64,000 nt of DNA from assembly GCA_964188305.1 (NCBI GenBank), contig OZ076895.1. One strand, given 5' to 3'. A program made the position numbers and the translations under genes. This document shows positions 1-13,600 of this stretch, in pieces. The first letter of the stretch is position 1; each line of letters opens with the position of its first letter. A model generated the notes under the pieces. The model saw only the letters and a program-made list of their open reading frames with translations. It did no database searches and was not told the DNA's origin. The DNA comes from Podarcis bocagei. Its lineage: Eukaryota.

Positions 1-402
1 GCAACTTACTTACTTCAGCAGAACTGAGCATACTTGGTGAATTTCTTTGTGGGTTTGAAGCTGCTTAACCTGAACTTGACTTTATGTGCCCTTCCTAAGA
101 TTTATTTCCCTTTTTTGCCACTGAAATTCCTTGATAATGGAAAGTAGACTGGATTTTTGAAGGCACACAAGTGTTACTGGATCAGTTTATGACCGCTTGT
201 GACAGAAATGGGAAATAGTGTGAGGGTTTAGCTACTAGATATTAGTAGATAAGACATAAAATTACAGATTGTATGTCAGAGTTTAGTTTTTTTTCCTTTA
301 TCAGACATAATCTTCCTAAGTTTAATCTATGGTTATGCCTGAAAAGGGTAGCCAGGAAATAATGATGATTGAGCTGTGATTGTTTCACCTGATACATTTT
401 AA

Positions 403-1885
<1,483 letters not shown>

Positions 1886-2107
1886 AATGGACTTGGAAGT
1901 TTCCTTCAGCTGTCATATGAATGAAATGCAATTCTGTAAATAGGACTGGCCGAATAACTTTTGAAAGGAATGAGGCTTCTTTGCATTGTAAATCACACTG
2001 AATCAACTGAATGTTTGTCTGTATACTATGTTTAAAATACTACATTCTTTTTTGTGTAAGTTATGTAACATCAATTTTTATGACAGTCATAACTGATAGT
2101 CCATGAG

Positions 2108-2173
2108 AATAAATTGGAATAAACATTTGCTACTTGGAATTCTAAGTGTTTGAAACTATTTAACACTAATAAA
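2108..2173 (+). terminator. Proximal ARL1 polyadenylation signals
   Basis: AATAAA at 2108-2113, 2118-2123 and 2168-2173, followed by U/GU-rich sequence (~2195-2245). Confidence 0.6.
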
Positions 2174-2249
2174 TATATTTAACTATCATTTATCTAGATT
2201 TTTCTATTTCATGCCTGTTGCCTTTCAGGTGTTCCTTTTTGTAGTTAGT

Positions 2250-2463
2250 AAAAAGGTAAAGGGACCCCTGACCGTTAGGTCCAACGCCGTTTACCTTTCC
2301 GCTGGAAAGGTACTTGCACTTTGACATGCTTTCGAACTGCTAGGTTGACAGGAGCAGGGACCGAGCAACGGGAGCTCACCCCATCGCGGGGATTCGATCC
2401 GCCAGCCTTGTGATCAGCAAGCCCTAGGCTCTGTGGTTTAGACCACAGCACCACCCACATCCC
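2250..2463 (-). mobile_element. Sauria SINE, internally deleted copy
   Basis: Aligns by eye to the full copies at 21757 and 53379 (tRNA-like head, ...ggggtccctttacctttt tail) but lacks the central ~135 nt. Confidence 0.85.
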
Positions 2464-3047
2464 TTTTTTGAAGTTAAGAGTAGCTTAAATAAGTAGTCTT
2501 GGTGGCATTATCCAACTGATCAGGACTGTTGCAAGATGAAGCCTTGATACTTGATTGTAATGTGGGGACCCTTATTAGTGCTGCTTATAGAGTTCTTTGT
2601 TTTCTTACAAACAATAGTGGAACCCTGCGTTAAGTATTTTGCTTGCAGTGTAACCTGTGAAGGAAAGCCTTGTTGTGCTCAAGATATATATGCTTGGAAA
2701 TGGAGCTGTTGTGGAGAGAAGTTAACCAGGAAGTTCTGCAGGTATTTGAATATGCTTATTTAATGTATGGAGGGCTGCATGGACTCAGTTGTGATTGAAG
2801 GAAAGCTATGTATCCTGAAATATTTTAAGTGAGGCCAGTGGAAAGCCCCTAAGCCAGTGGTTCACTTTAGATCTGGAGACTCTCCTATAAATTGCTAGCA
2901 GAAAGCTACAGAAGGAATCTCTGTACTTGACAACCAGGTGGCTTTTTAAAAACCTAATTTGAGTTTTTTAAATGAAGACTGTAGAAAACAAGGAGAAAGA
3001 TGGATATTACCATTTGCCATGGTATGAGTCACCTTGTGGGGACTGTA

Positions 3048-3273
3048 CAGTGGTACCTCGGATTAAGCGCTTAATTCATTCTGGAGGCCTGTTCTTAACC
3101 TGAAATTGTTCTTAACTTGAGGTACCACTTTAGCTAATGGGACCTCCTGCTGCTGCCACACCGCTGTCATACAATTTCTATTCTCATCCTAAAGCAAAGT
3201 TCTTAACCCAAGGTACTATTTCTGGGTTAGCAGAGTCTGTAACCTGAAGCGTCTGTAACCTGAGGTACCACTG
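3048..3273. mobile_element. Tc1/mariner-superfamily (Tigger/pogo-like) MITE
   Basis: TA|CAGTGGTACCTC...GAGGTACCACTG|TA; an inverted sister copy is at 38103-38344. Confidence 0.85.
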
Positions 3274-3885
3274 TATCTCCTTCAGCAATTGTTCAGTTGG
3301 TTTTTTTTAAAGCTACATTTCTCCATAGCAAGCAACGCAGGGGTTGAAAAGCATAGGCCTCCCACTACAGGGCCAATGGAAAGAGTAGCAGCACTTTGTC
3401 ATGATACCAACACGTAAAAATGCATCTCCATGAGGAGGATTGAACAAGGGTTCAAATCACCCAGCTCAAGTTAATCACACACAGGAGAAAATATTTCAAA
3501 GGCTCATTGAACACATTTCATTAGAAAAAAACACTGTATTACCACAAACTGTACATCACTCTACAGTGAACTATAGAGCCCTGAAAGGCTCAGCCTCAGT
3601 AATGTATCCTCTTAAAGAAACATTTGGAGAGAAATTTTAAGGCATCAGTTGAATAGGTTATGTATAGATTAAAATTACAAATAAATAATTAGTAATCCAT
3701 AAGAGAGCTGGTTTTTTTGTCTCTGCAAGAGGTTGTTCTTCCCTGCTGTGGTTCTTAGTATATACTATTTTATGTTGAAACATCCTCTAAATGAGTCTGG
3801 CAGGGAAGAGCACCTGCTGCTGCAGTTGTTGTCTCATGTTCTGTACAGCATGGAACATTTATAATGGGAGTAATGTGATAGTGTT

Positions 3886-4041
3886 TCACTCCACCATCGC
3901 CAAGTCTTTTAATGCATGGCTTCTTGGTCTTTTTGCTTTGTAACCAGGCCGCAGGAATTCTATTTTTCTCTTCTTTGCTTCAATTTTATTCTTGTGTCTC
4001 TTCAACTTCTTCTTGGCAGCAATGTCAGGATTAGCAACAGC
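3886..4041 (-). CDS. UTP20: UTP20 last exon (62), stop TGA at 3888-3886
   Basis: [19 protein letters not shown]...KDLAMVE*; AG acceptor. Confidence 0.95.
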   Translation of the reverse strand, partial: AVANPDIAAKKKLKRHKNKIEAKKRKIEFLRPGYKAKRPRSHALKDLAMVE

Positions 4042-7000
4042 CTAATCAGAAAACAAATAAAAGTCATCATGTTCACATTTCCCCTATACATTCAGAAGTT
4101 GCCTGGTTTCAATAAAAGTTTCCCTGCCATTGGATAAGCTGGACATTTTAAAGCAAATGCAAGTAAAACTAAAGTCAGACACTAACCTCCAAGGCTCTCT
4201 GTTTCTTCCGGATAGCTCTCTTCTGACTGGCTTGCTTTTGCACAGAAGCAAACGCGAGTGAAAAGGTTTCCAACCCAACCAATTTCTTCAAAAGCTCTAT
4301 GATTTCCTGGGAAAGATTCTTCAGAGTTGGATCTAGCAAAGATAACATGATTTTGAATACTCAGAAGTGTCTTCAAGTGCTACAGAAGGTCTATATATAA
4401 TGCCCCATTCTCTCTTGTGTGCACATGTTGCATTCCAACAATACATAGGCATGTGCAAGTCACCCCTCCTGTTGGGACACTGGAAGCATCTGCTTTTAGA
4501 TTAACATGTCATCCAAACCCACAGTTAAATGGTTAGTTGAAACAAGCTGGTTTGAATGGAGAAACCTTAGTTAAAGTTAGCAGCTGTTTGTCAGGGTTCA
4601 GTCAGCACAGCAAATTGCAACTAATTTAAAACGGAAGCTAAAGCTTCCAACTGTGCCAAAGAAAAATGAGGACCACGTGCCCACTCCACCATTCAGTAAG
4701 GGCCATTCAGGTAAGCATAGGACAGAAACACTGCACAGCTGAAACACCATCTTAAGTCCCTAAAGCAGGGGTGGGGAACTGGCAAACCATGCTATAAAAG
4801 AAAAGCCAAACCAAGCAAGACTTGACTCCAAGCCTGCTTTCTGCAGGCATCAGCTGTGTGACCCCCACTCCCAATCTGTTGGGCTTGGAATTCCCCCATG
4901 TCACGCTTTAGGCAAGGGGTTGGCTGTACTACTATGACTCCCATGGGAAACTCAGTAGCACAGCCAACCCCAGCAGGCTTGCTCTCACCAGCACATGATT
5001 GTGGGCAGGTGCAGTTTGGGATAATCTGCCTCATGGGACCAAGTGGTTTCCCACCCCTGATCTAAAGCATCCATCATGGATGCCAACACTTTCTGTTCCA
5101 CTTTCTTATGCTGTGTAATTATGATGATGCAAGACAATTGACCTTTTGGTACTGGAAGACCTCCTACTTAAAGGAGAGGAGGGGAGACAGTCTCACCGAA
5201 CAGCTGAGTATGACAACTCTTACCTTGATCTGCATAGGTACTGCTGAGTTCTCGATATAGAGGGGCTATGATTGTAGGAAGGTATGGTTTCACCCTGTCT
5301 TTCCCAAGATCTACTGCAATGGCACCAAGGAATTTAAAGATACAGGTTCTCTGAAAATACAAATACATTTGGTCACATGACCAGTCTACAAAGGAAAACA
5401 AATACTGTAAGGACCTAATTACTAGTGACTTGCTTTTTTCCAGCAACTCGGAAAATAGGTTTCAGAGCCTACTTTGTGTTACACAACTCTACAGACCATT
5501 GGCATTTGGTTTTTTTTAAAATAAAATAATCTCTGCTCCTGGTTTTCATGTTTAGGTCTAACAAAGGGTCTGCTTGCAGTTTCATAGCCCTACTTCATTT
5601 AAGCTGTGATGTGCTGTTCACAGGCTACATTTTTGTACCATTTGCACTGACACCTTTGCACTTGTCTACCTGAGATCCTGAAACTATTGTCAAACTGGAA
5701 GGCATTATTTGTGAAAGTAAAATTGTTCTCGCTGAAAAACATACAAACCTTTAAAGGGTCCTTGGGTGAATATGCAGCTTCACGTGACGCCAATGCCAAG
5801 AGTCTTTTCATCACCCACAACAGTGTGGCTGGGCTGCTTTTCTCTTTGTCGTCTTTTGCCTCCATGGTTGAAGTCTCGTTTTCAACATCTTCTCCAAAGT
5901 CTTCTTGATCCTCAGCTTCCTGGCCCACCTCGTTATTGATTTCTTTGCCATCTTCTGGAGGAGCCATAAGGTACAGTACTTTGGCCACAAACAGTAGATT
6001 CTTCACAACCTTAAATATAAAGCACAGATATAAAATACAAAGTTATCCAAAGACTATTTTTTTTAAAAGGGTTTTTAAAATCAGGCCTATCAAACTTTTC
6101 CCACTTGGGTCATACAACAGCTATGTAACTGTGGACTACTTAACAGGTGTTTGAAAATCCCTTCATGTGTGGCCCCCCAAAAGCCTAGGGTTCAACACCC
6201 TGGTGGCCCTAACTATTACAGAGCCACCATGGCACTTGATCTTTAAAAAATAATGCAATTACTATAGCCAAGAATGCACACACAATATAGGAAAGGAGCA
6301 CCAAGAAGAGCTGTTCCAGTCATCACCCCCCCCCCCAATTAAGCATCCGTCAGTTTCAAATGGAAGATTATCCCAATTCTACGTGGTGGAAATAAATCAC
6401 TGTGGAATAACAGTACCCCCACTTGGTCTTCGGATGCACAGTATGCCTGCATAATTATAGCTTCAGCTGCTCTGTACTGATGTACCTGAAAAGCTTTGCA
6501 CAAATTATAATCTTAAAACCATTCACAGAAAGTAAATATGTAATCTCAGAATGCAATAAAACTCCAAGCAAAACACGAGAAATACTGAGCAGTGTGATCA
6601 GTAATGTTAGGGAAAGCCTGATTAAACAAGTTAGTTTTCAGTACATGTTTAAGAAGGGAAGGCCCACTTTCATGACATCACAAGGTGACATTCCGCCAGT
6701 CATGGCATGCTGCCACTGCTGACTCCCAAGGTAAGGTGCTGGCCTCACGTTCACTTTTGGCCAATCTCCTTTGGGCCACTAAGACTGGGGGCATCCTCTT
6801 CCCAGGCCCCTGTGGGGCAGTGTGAGGAGGCTGAGGGAACAGTCCACAAGCGAAGGTGTTCAAAAAAGGGTGAGAGGCTGCCAGCCCTGCAGGCAAGGGG
6901 TGACATAACTGGGCTCCTGAGCCCCACAGGGGTGCCACAGAAAGAATGTAGTTGGTCAAGGAAGTCATGGACTCAAAAAGGTTGAAAACCTCTGTCTTCT

Positions 7001-10000
7001 GCTGTCAGTGTAACCCCACTGAAATTCAGTAAGAATTTCTAAGTGTGTTTGCTGACACCTACAACCCATTCTCTAGATTAGAATCCGGTTGTATTTACCC
7101 ACTGGGGGACAAGCAGGGCAAATTAGAAGACAGGATGTTCAGATATCATTTGTGTTGTTAATTACAAATCTTGAACTGCATTATGATAAAGCAAAACTCT
7201 CTCAATTTGTTCCAAAACACTTTGATTTTATGCTCCAGGCACCAGAATGTCTTTAGCTGCCTCTTTTAATTGTGTGCTATTTCAACACGCGTATCACAAA
7301 ATATGGGGGGGGGGGGAGAGAATCTACCAAAAACCTTACATAGTTACCTGTTCTCCAAGACATGGATCTAAAAATTTGGACTTCAACTGATGGCAGAATG
7401 CTAAAGCAAGTGTTTTCATCTGTAAAAGTAAAGAAAAGTTAACAATCATTCTGAAACACAGTGAAGCATGAAAAGGCTGCTCTCCCTAAGAAGTATAAAT
7501 ATTAAGAGACAAAAAGAGACACAATCATGTGAAGCTCTATCATGACATTGAAACTAATGTTCATTTTTGTTTCTGCCATCTAATGGGAAATTGAAATGTG
7601 TATCAATGCAATAAAGGCAATTTAGGAGGGCAATGTTAACCTTTTTGTCTAGTTCTTCTGTTAAGAAGGTAGTTGCCGGTGGCTCTGTAGTACTTTCTTG
7701 ACTCTTTTCCAGCTTTCTTTTACTCCATTTGTTAACAAGTTCCTCTGGCTTGTGAGCAGCAAACAGCAAGCCAAAAATCTGAGAAGACGTCGACCACACC
7801 CAGCTGTGAGGGTACCATAAATGAGACTGCACATGACCTTCAGAAATAGAGAGAAATAGGCTTAAACTGTACCTATTCATACACAGAGGAATATTATTCA
7901 ATCAATCAATCAATCAATCAATCAGTATATTGCCTTTCATCCCAAGGTCTCAGGGCAGTTCAAAATACAAAAACCCCACAAACTAATAACCCTCCCCTCC
8001 CACAAACACATTTCAAAGGCCTGGTTGAAGAGGAATGTTTTTGCCTGGCACCTAGAGATGAACCTAGAAGGTGCCAGGTGAGCCTCCCGGGGGAGAGCGT
8101 TCCACAAATGAGGAGCCACTGCAAAAAAGGCCCATTCCTGTGTTGCTACTCTCCAGACCTCTCGGGGAGGAGGCACATGAATAAGGGCCTCGGTCTGTTC
8201 ATATGGGGGCTGGTGGTCCTTGAAGTACTGCTGTTCTCAGCTGTTTAAGGATTTATAGGTCAAAATCCACACTCTGAATTGAGCCCGGAAACTAATTGGC
8301 AGCCAGAGCAGTCAGGCCAGGATCAGTGTGATATACTCAAACCGTCTTGCCCCAGTGAGCAACCTGGCTGTCAAATTCTGCACCAGCTGATGTTTCTGAA
8401 CTGCCTTCAGAGGCAGCCCTACATAAAATGCACTGCAGAAATGTAACCTAGAGGTTAGACAACAGAAGTTAGGAATACAAACTAAAAAGCCATTGTACAC
8501 AACTCATTTTTCTTCATGTGAGTAGCACCCTAGGCATTACAGATCCATCAAGTGCCAAAGGTTTCAAGAGCAATATAATATGACAGAACTACTAACCCCA
8601 AATGTTGCTCAGAATCTCATTGTGTTTATTTAGTTCAATAATATTGCATTCCTTGGTTAGTTTGCTGATCAAAGTTAGGAAGCTGAACAGCAGTCTGTCA
8701 GCAGCCTTTTCTTCAGTCTCTTCTGTAACCTTCAAAAATGGACAGTGAAAGAATGACACCCTGAAAAACCATCAGTGTACAAACAGTGAAGAGGCTTCAA
8801 TTTAAATAATTGTGGCTAAATATAAAACGCAACCAAACAACACTTGCTCTTTTTGACTTCACAAACAGTCAGCTGCCTAATTTTACAACATTGAAATAGA
8901 CTGTTGTCAGGGGTTCAGGAGCAGAGGCGAGGGCAAGGGAGGAAACAGAGAGCGAGGGGGAGGAGTCCGAAGGAAAGATGAGCGATGACGACGACCCGAG
9001 ATCTCCGAGTCTTTCCAGTGAATCGGAAGATTCACAGAAAGGAGCGCCAGTGGCCAGAGCGAGGGGGGAGATCAAGGGGACACCCCAGGAAAAAGGGACA
9101 AAAGGGGGTTCAGAGAGCAGCAGTTGGAAATTGGGGCCAACGTCCCCAACAGAGCGCAGTGAGGAGGAAGGGCGCCAGGTATCGGGATCCGGCGACTCGC
9201 CGCAGGGGGGAGGGCATGAGTCAGGAGTGGCCACACCCCCATCGGGGAGCGAAGGAACGGTCAAGCGGAAAGTGGGAGGTTGGGCGCGCGCGCCAAGTTC
9301 AAATGCACAGGAAGGCGGCAGAGTAAGCAGCCCGGAAAGGGAGCCAGGTCCTAAAGCCCGCCGCAAGGAGACAGAAGGGTCCGGGGGGTCAGCGTCAGAA
9401 GAATCCAGGAAGGAAGAGACCACGGGGGGCAGAGGGACCCAGAGAAGGAGGGGAAGGCGGAAAAGGTGGAGTAAGGTGAGGTTATTAAGTTGGTGTACAG
9501 GAGGCGGGGACTCAGACGGAGCTTCGCCGGTCTAGCTGATAAGACGTAGGGCTGCCTGCGGCAGTTTGAAATTGGAAACTGTAACTCAATAAAGACTTTT
9601 ATAAAGTGAACGCTGGCTAACGTGATCCTCTGTGAGCTAGGATCTGGAAGCAGCCCTGACAACTGTGATATTCAACTGTTTTTTACTAAGAGCAGACCCA
9701 GTGAAATTAATAAGCAGTACTAAGTTAGGTCCATTAATTCCAATGGGCCTGCTCTGAGTTGGAACTATTTTTATTTTTTATTTGTGTAACCAAAGCTACT
9801 ACAAAGCAAATCTTGAATACCACCTAGTGGTGGAATAGTCAAAATAAAATGAATTTGTAAAATACTGCAAAGACACCTTGTTATTCAAGTGTTAATGTTT
9901 TTTCTCCTTGTTTTGAAGTTGAAACATTTATTAGTATCTCAATCTTGTTATGAAAATCAGGATATGAAAATGTATAGGTTTTTCACATATAATGGTTTTA

Positions 10001-10596
10001 GTTATACAGTAAAAAGATTTGAAAGAATCTTAAAAATTTATTTCACTGCACCACTGGGTAGGTGGGGAAAGGATAGAGAGTCCATCAATATACTTATGGG
10101 GCCAAAGATTTACTTTCACTCTACAAACTGGCAGCCTACCAGGAACAGCCCCAATTAATGACTTACATCTTTAAAATATGAAGGATGTATTTCTTTCTCG
10201 ATAATTGGGAGAATGGTCCCAAGCCTTTTTTCAAATTCGATTCCTTCAGCTTCAACAAATGTTCCACAGGCATGAGCAGCTAGCCTCTTGTGCACACGCT
10301 GTCAGGAAGGAGCAGCATCATATTAGTGGAGATTTTTGTGGATGGAAGGAAAGGGAGTTAGGATCTCTGCAGAAGAGATTTCCCAAGATAGTGGGCACAA
10401 CTGCCTTCTCAACCACACAGCCAGCCATAATTCTTGAACCCCACAAGAAATTGGCCCAGTTATGAAGGCTCTATAAATTACAGTGCTATTCTTCTGCCAG
10501 CAAAGGAAGGTTAGCGGAACACAAACTCTCCTCCAAAAGATTCACCTCGACATTCCCTCGTTTTCATTCATCTAGCAAAAACTTCTCTACAGGACA

Positions 10597-10652
<56 letters not shown>

Positions 10653-13600
10653 TTATTATTTATACCCCGCCCATCTGGCTGGGCCTCCCCAGCCACTCTA
10701 TTACTGCTGTAAGCAGTACCTTGTCACTATTACTGCTGTAATATTATTATTATTGCTGTAAGCAATACACTCTATTACTGCTGTAAGCAGTACCTTGTCA
10801 CTCTTGAACCACGAGGTGAGCAGGGAAAACATCAGGTCTCGGTTTCCAGGGCTAATCTTACTGAGGAGACCTTTGACTGCCAGAGCTGACATCTTTTTGC
10901 ACTTTGCTGAATCGTCGTTTACAATCATCATACATAGTGGGACAAAGAAAAGCCCACAAAATTGGTGCAGTAAACCCTGAAGAAAAGAAGAAAGGGGAAG
11001 TCAGTAAGCTTGTTTGTTGGCAATCTCTAGACCAGTGTTTCCCAACCTTTTTTGGGCAAAGGCACACTTGTTTGATGAAAAAAATCTTGAGGCACACCAC
11101 CATTACAGCCCCGTGACGTCAGCGCGCAGCGTCACGCCGGGAGGGACGCACGAAAGTGTAAGTTTCAATTTTTTTCCCTCCCCCTTGCCGGGGAACCTCC
11201 AAGCTTTGGGGGTGGAGGCAGCAAAGCGAGGCAAGAAGGAGAGCGCAGCTTGGCTGGGTGAGCTTTGGCAGGGGCAGGGAATGAGAGCCGCGAGGCGGGC
11301 GCTGCGGACAGAGGCGCTGCCCGCCAAGCTCGCAGGCAGCCAGGCAGGCAGACGGCGAGAGCCCCGCACTGGGCGGCCTCTCCTCGCCGTCGCCGCCCCG
11401 CCTCTCGCCGCCCGACTCGCCCGCCTCCCTCCAGGCAACATCTCGCGGCACACTAGTGTGCCGCGGAACAGTGGTTGAGAAACACTGCTCTAGACTACAT
11501 GAAAAATGCTGGTATCCAACCACCACACCACCCTGTAAACCTGTCAAAGCAATCAGACCTGCTCCTGGTTCTGTGCTAGGGCTAGCTGCTTGTCTAGACA
11601 TGTGTTGAGGGTAGTGTACAGTTTTTGGTTATATGAATACTGAGCTGAAATGCAGGTTGGGAAAGTGGGGAGAGGGGCAAGGGAGACTGCAAATAATATT
11701 CCCATTCAGCCATGAAGCTCATTGGGTGACTCTGGCCTAGTCCGTGGACAGTCCAGGTGTCCCTCAGCTTCTGAAGTCAAGGTATGTACAAGCCCTGGGG
11801 TTCATGAGCTCCACCCCTTTGCTGCCCTGTGACTGAAGGTCTTCCTGGGTTGATTAATCGCAGTTTCCTGCTAATTCCAAACTCTGAAACTTCAAACCAT
11901 GGTTTTAGGTCTTGTTTCATTTCCCAAGTTGGACAAGTTGGGAAACGGCAGTTCCTTGACTCAGAAACACAGTGCAGCAAAGAGGAGAGGGGCAATATGA
12001 GGGTGGACCACATGGGCACAAAGCTCAGGCATCTCCCAAGTACATCCACCCAGGCCTGAATCCTCAGCCTAATCTACATCATCACAGGGTTGTTGTGATA
12101 GTTAAAGTGGAGGAGGAGCATGTATGCTTCCTCAAACCCTTCATAAGAAGGGCAGTTACAAATGTGACAAAGAAAGAAAAACGAACATGAAATTCAATCC
12201 ATGCAGGCCGTATTTGTCCTCAGCAATGCCAGCATACTCTGAAAAGGCAACACGCTCAGGAAAATGTATGTGAGCAGCGCCCCATATCCTATACATGTTT
12301 TCTCAAAAGTAAATCCTGTCAAATTCAATGGGAATACTTCCCATCCAGCCTTAATGCCTTATATGAAATGCCACAGTCTAGGGTTCAAGCTGAAATACGC
12401 TAAAGGTGGGAAGTTTGTGATGCAGTTATACATTACCTGGGGGAACATTTCAAAGAGGTAAGCAATCATTTCCAAAGCAGATTCTCTCCCTGTCTCATAT
12501 TCATAACTAGGGCAACAACAGAACAGTATGGTCAGTGTCCTCAAGACTTGCAATAATTTTTGGCATACTAATAGCACAATCCTACACATGTTTAATCAGA
12601 AGTTAAGTTCCTTTGCATCTATTGGGACTTAGGAGCTGTATTTAAGAAAAGTACACAGCATAGCATATATTTTCATATTACACCTTGCTTTTGCAAACAG
12701 CTGGCCTTGAAGAATGTTCATGTGTCTTTTATTTAATAGCTGAATGCGAACAGGAAGTTAAATACATATGATGGTCATCATTGGAATTTGAGATGTTATA
12801 TGTGACTAACCACTTTCTTCCTCCATACAACTTTTCTTGTGAAAGATCTCCACCTGAGACCCTGGGGAGTCACTGTCAGTCAGAATACACAGCACATAGC
12901 TAGGTAAAGAGTCTGGATCGGGTAAAACACAGCTTCCTGTGCTCATATACAAGGAAAAAAATGTCAACAGGAACATAGAACAAAACTTCATAACCAGTGA
13001 GGGAACATGTGCAGTGTACAGAGGATATAATTTGCTTCCAATACTCTACTGATGTTTTATCCTAATGTCTTGGCCCTGCATGGCTCTATTACTGAGCACA
13101 CTGTGTTGAGGGTCCCCATTCTGACCAGAGGGGAAAGCCCAGCCTTGCAGTTTCTATTTTTTTCCTTTACTGAGAAAATAAACAATAATCTCTGTGCACT
13201 TACTTGAGTTGGGCAAAGATGTACTCAAGGTTGGTTTTCAGCTTCTTACCAAGTGGATAATCGAGAATATATTTCAGGTAAATCTGAGGGAGTGGGCGGA
13301 AGAAAACAATAAACAATTGGTTAAAACTCAAAAATACCAAATTTGTGCTGTTGCCAGCTATAAAATAATTGATAAAATGGGAGCTGACGAAAAACAGATG
13401 CTAGGATAAAAGGGCATGAGCACGCCTCCCCCCCCCTTAACTTCTACAAACCTGTCTGCACTGGATTCGAACTTGCTCATTTTGCCCTGTGATGGCGAAG
13501 TTTGCAACCTTCTGCATAACACCATCAATTTCGGGAACTACCAGTTTTCTGGATACAATCGCCTGTTTGAAAAGAGAAAAACGTATGACTGAGTCATGAT

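Noticed and set aside
10598-10802. Repeat-spacer-like pattern as a CRISPR-like array
   Set aside because: This is a vertebrate intron; the pattern is a microsatellite plus one local duplication with irregular fragments and no constant repeat/unique spacer period.
11014-11601. Overlapping 116-160 aa ORFs on both strands
   Set aside because: They fall inside the GC-rich hAT MITE; the peptides are low-complexity Ala/Arg/Pro with no transposase motifs, as expected from base composition.
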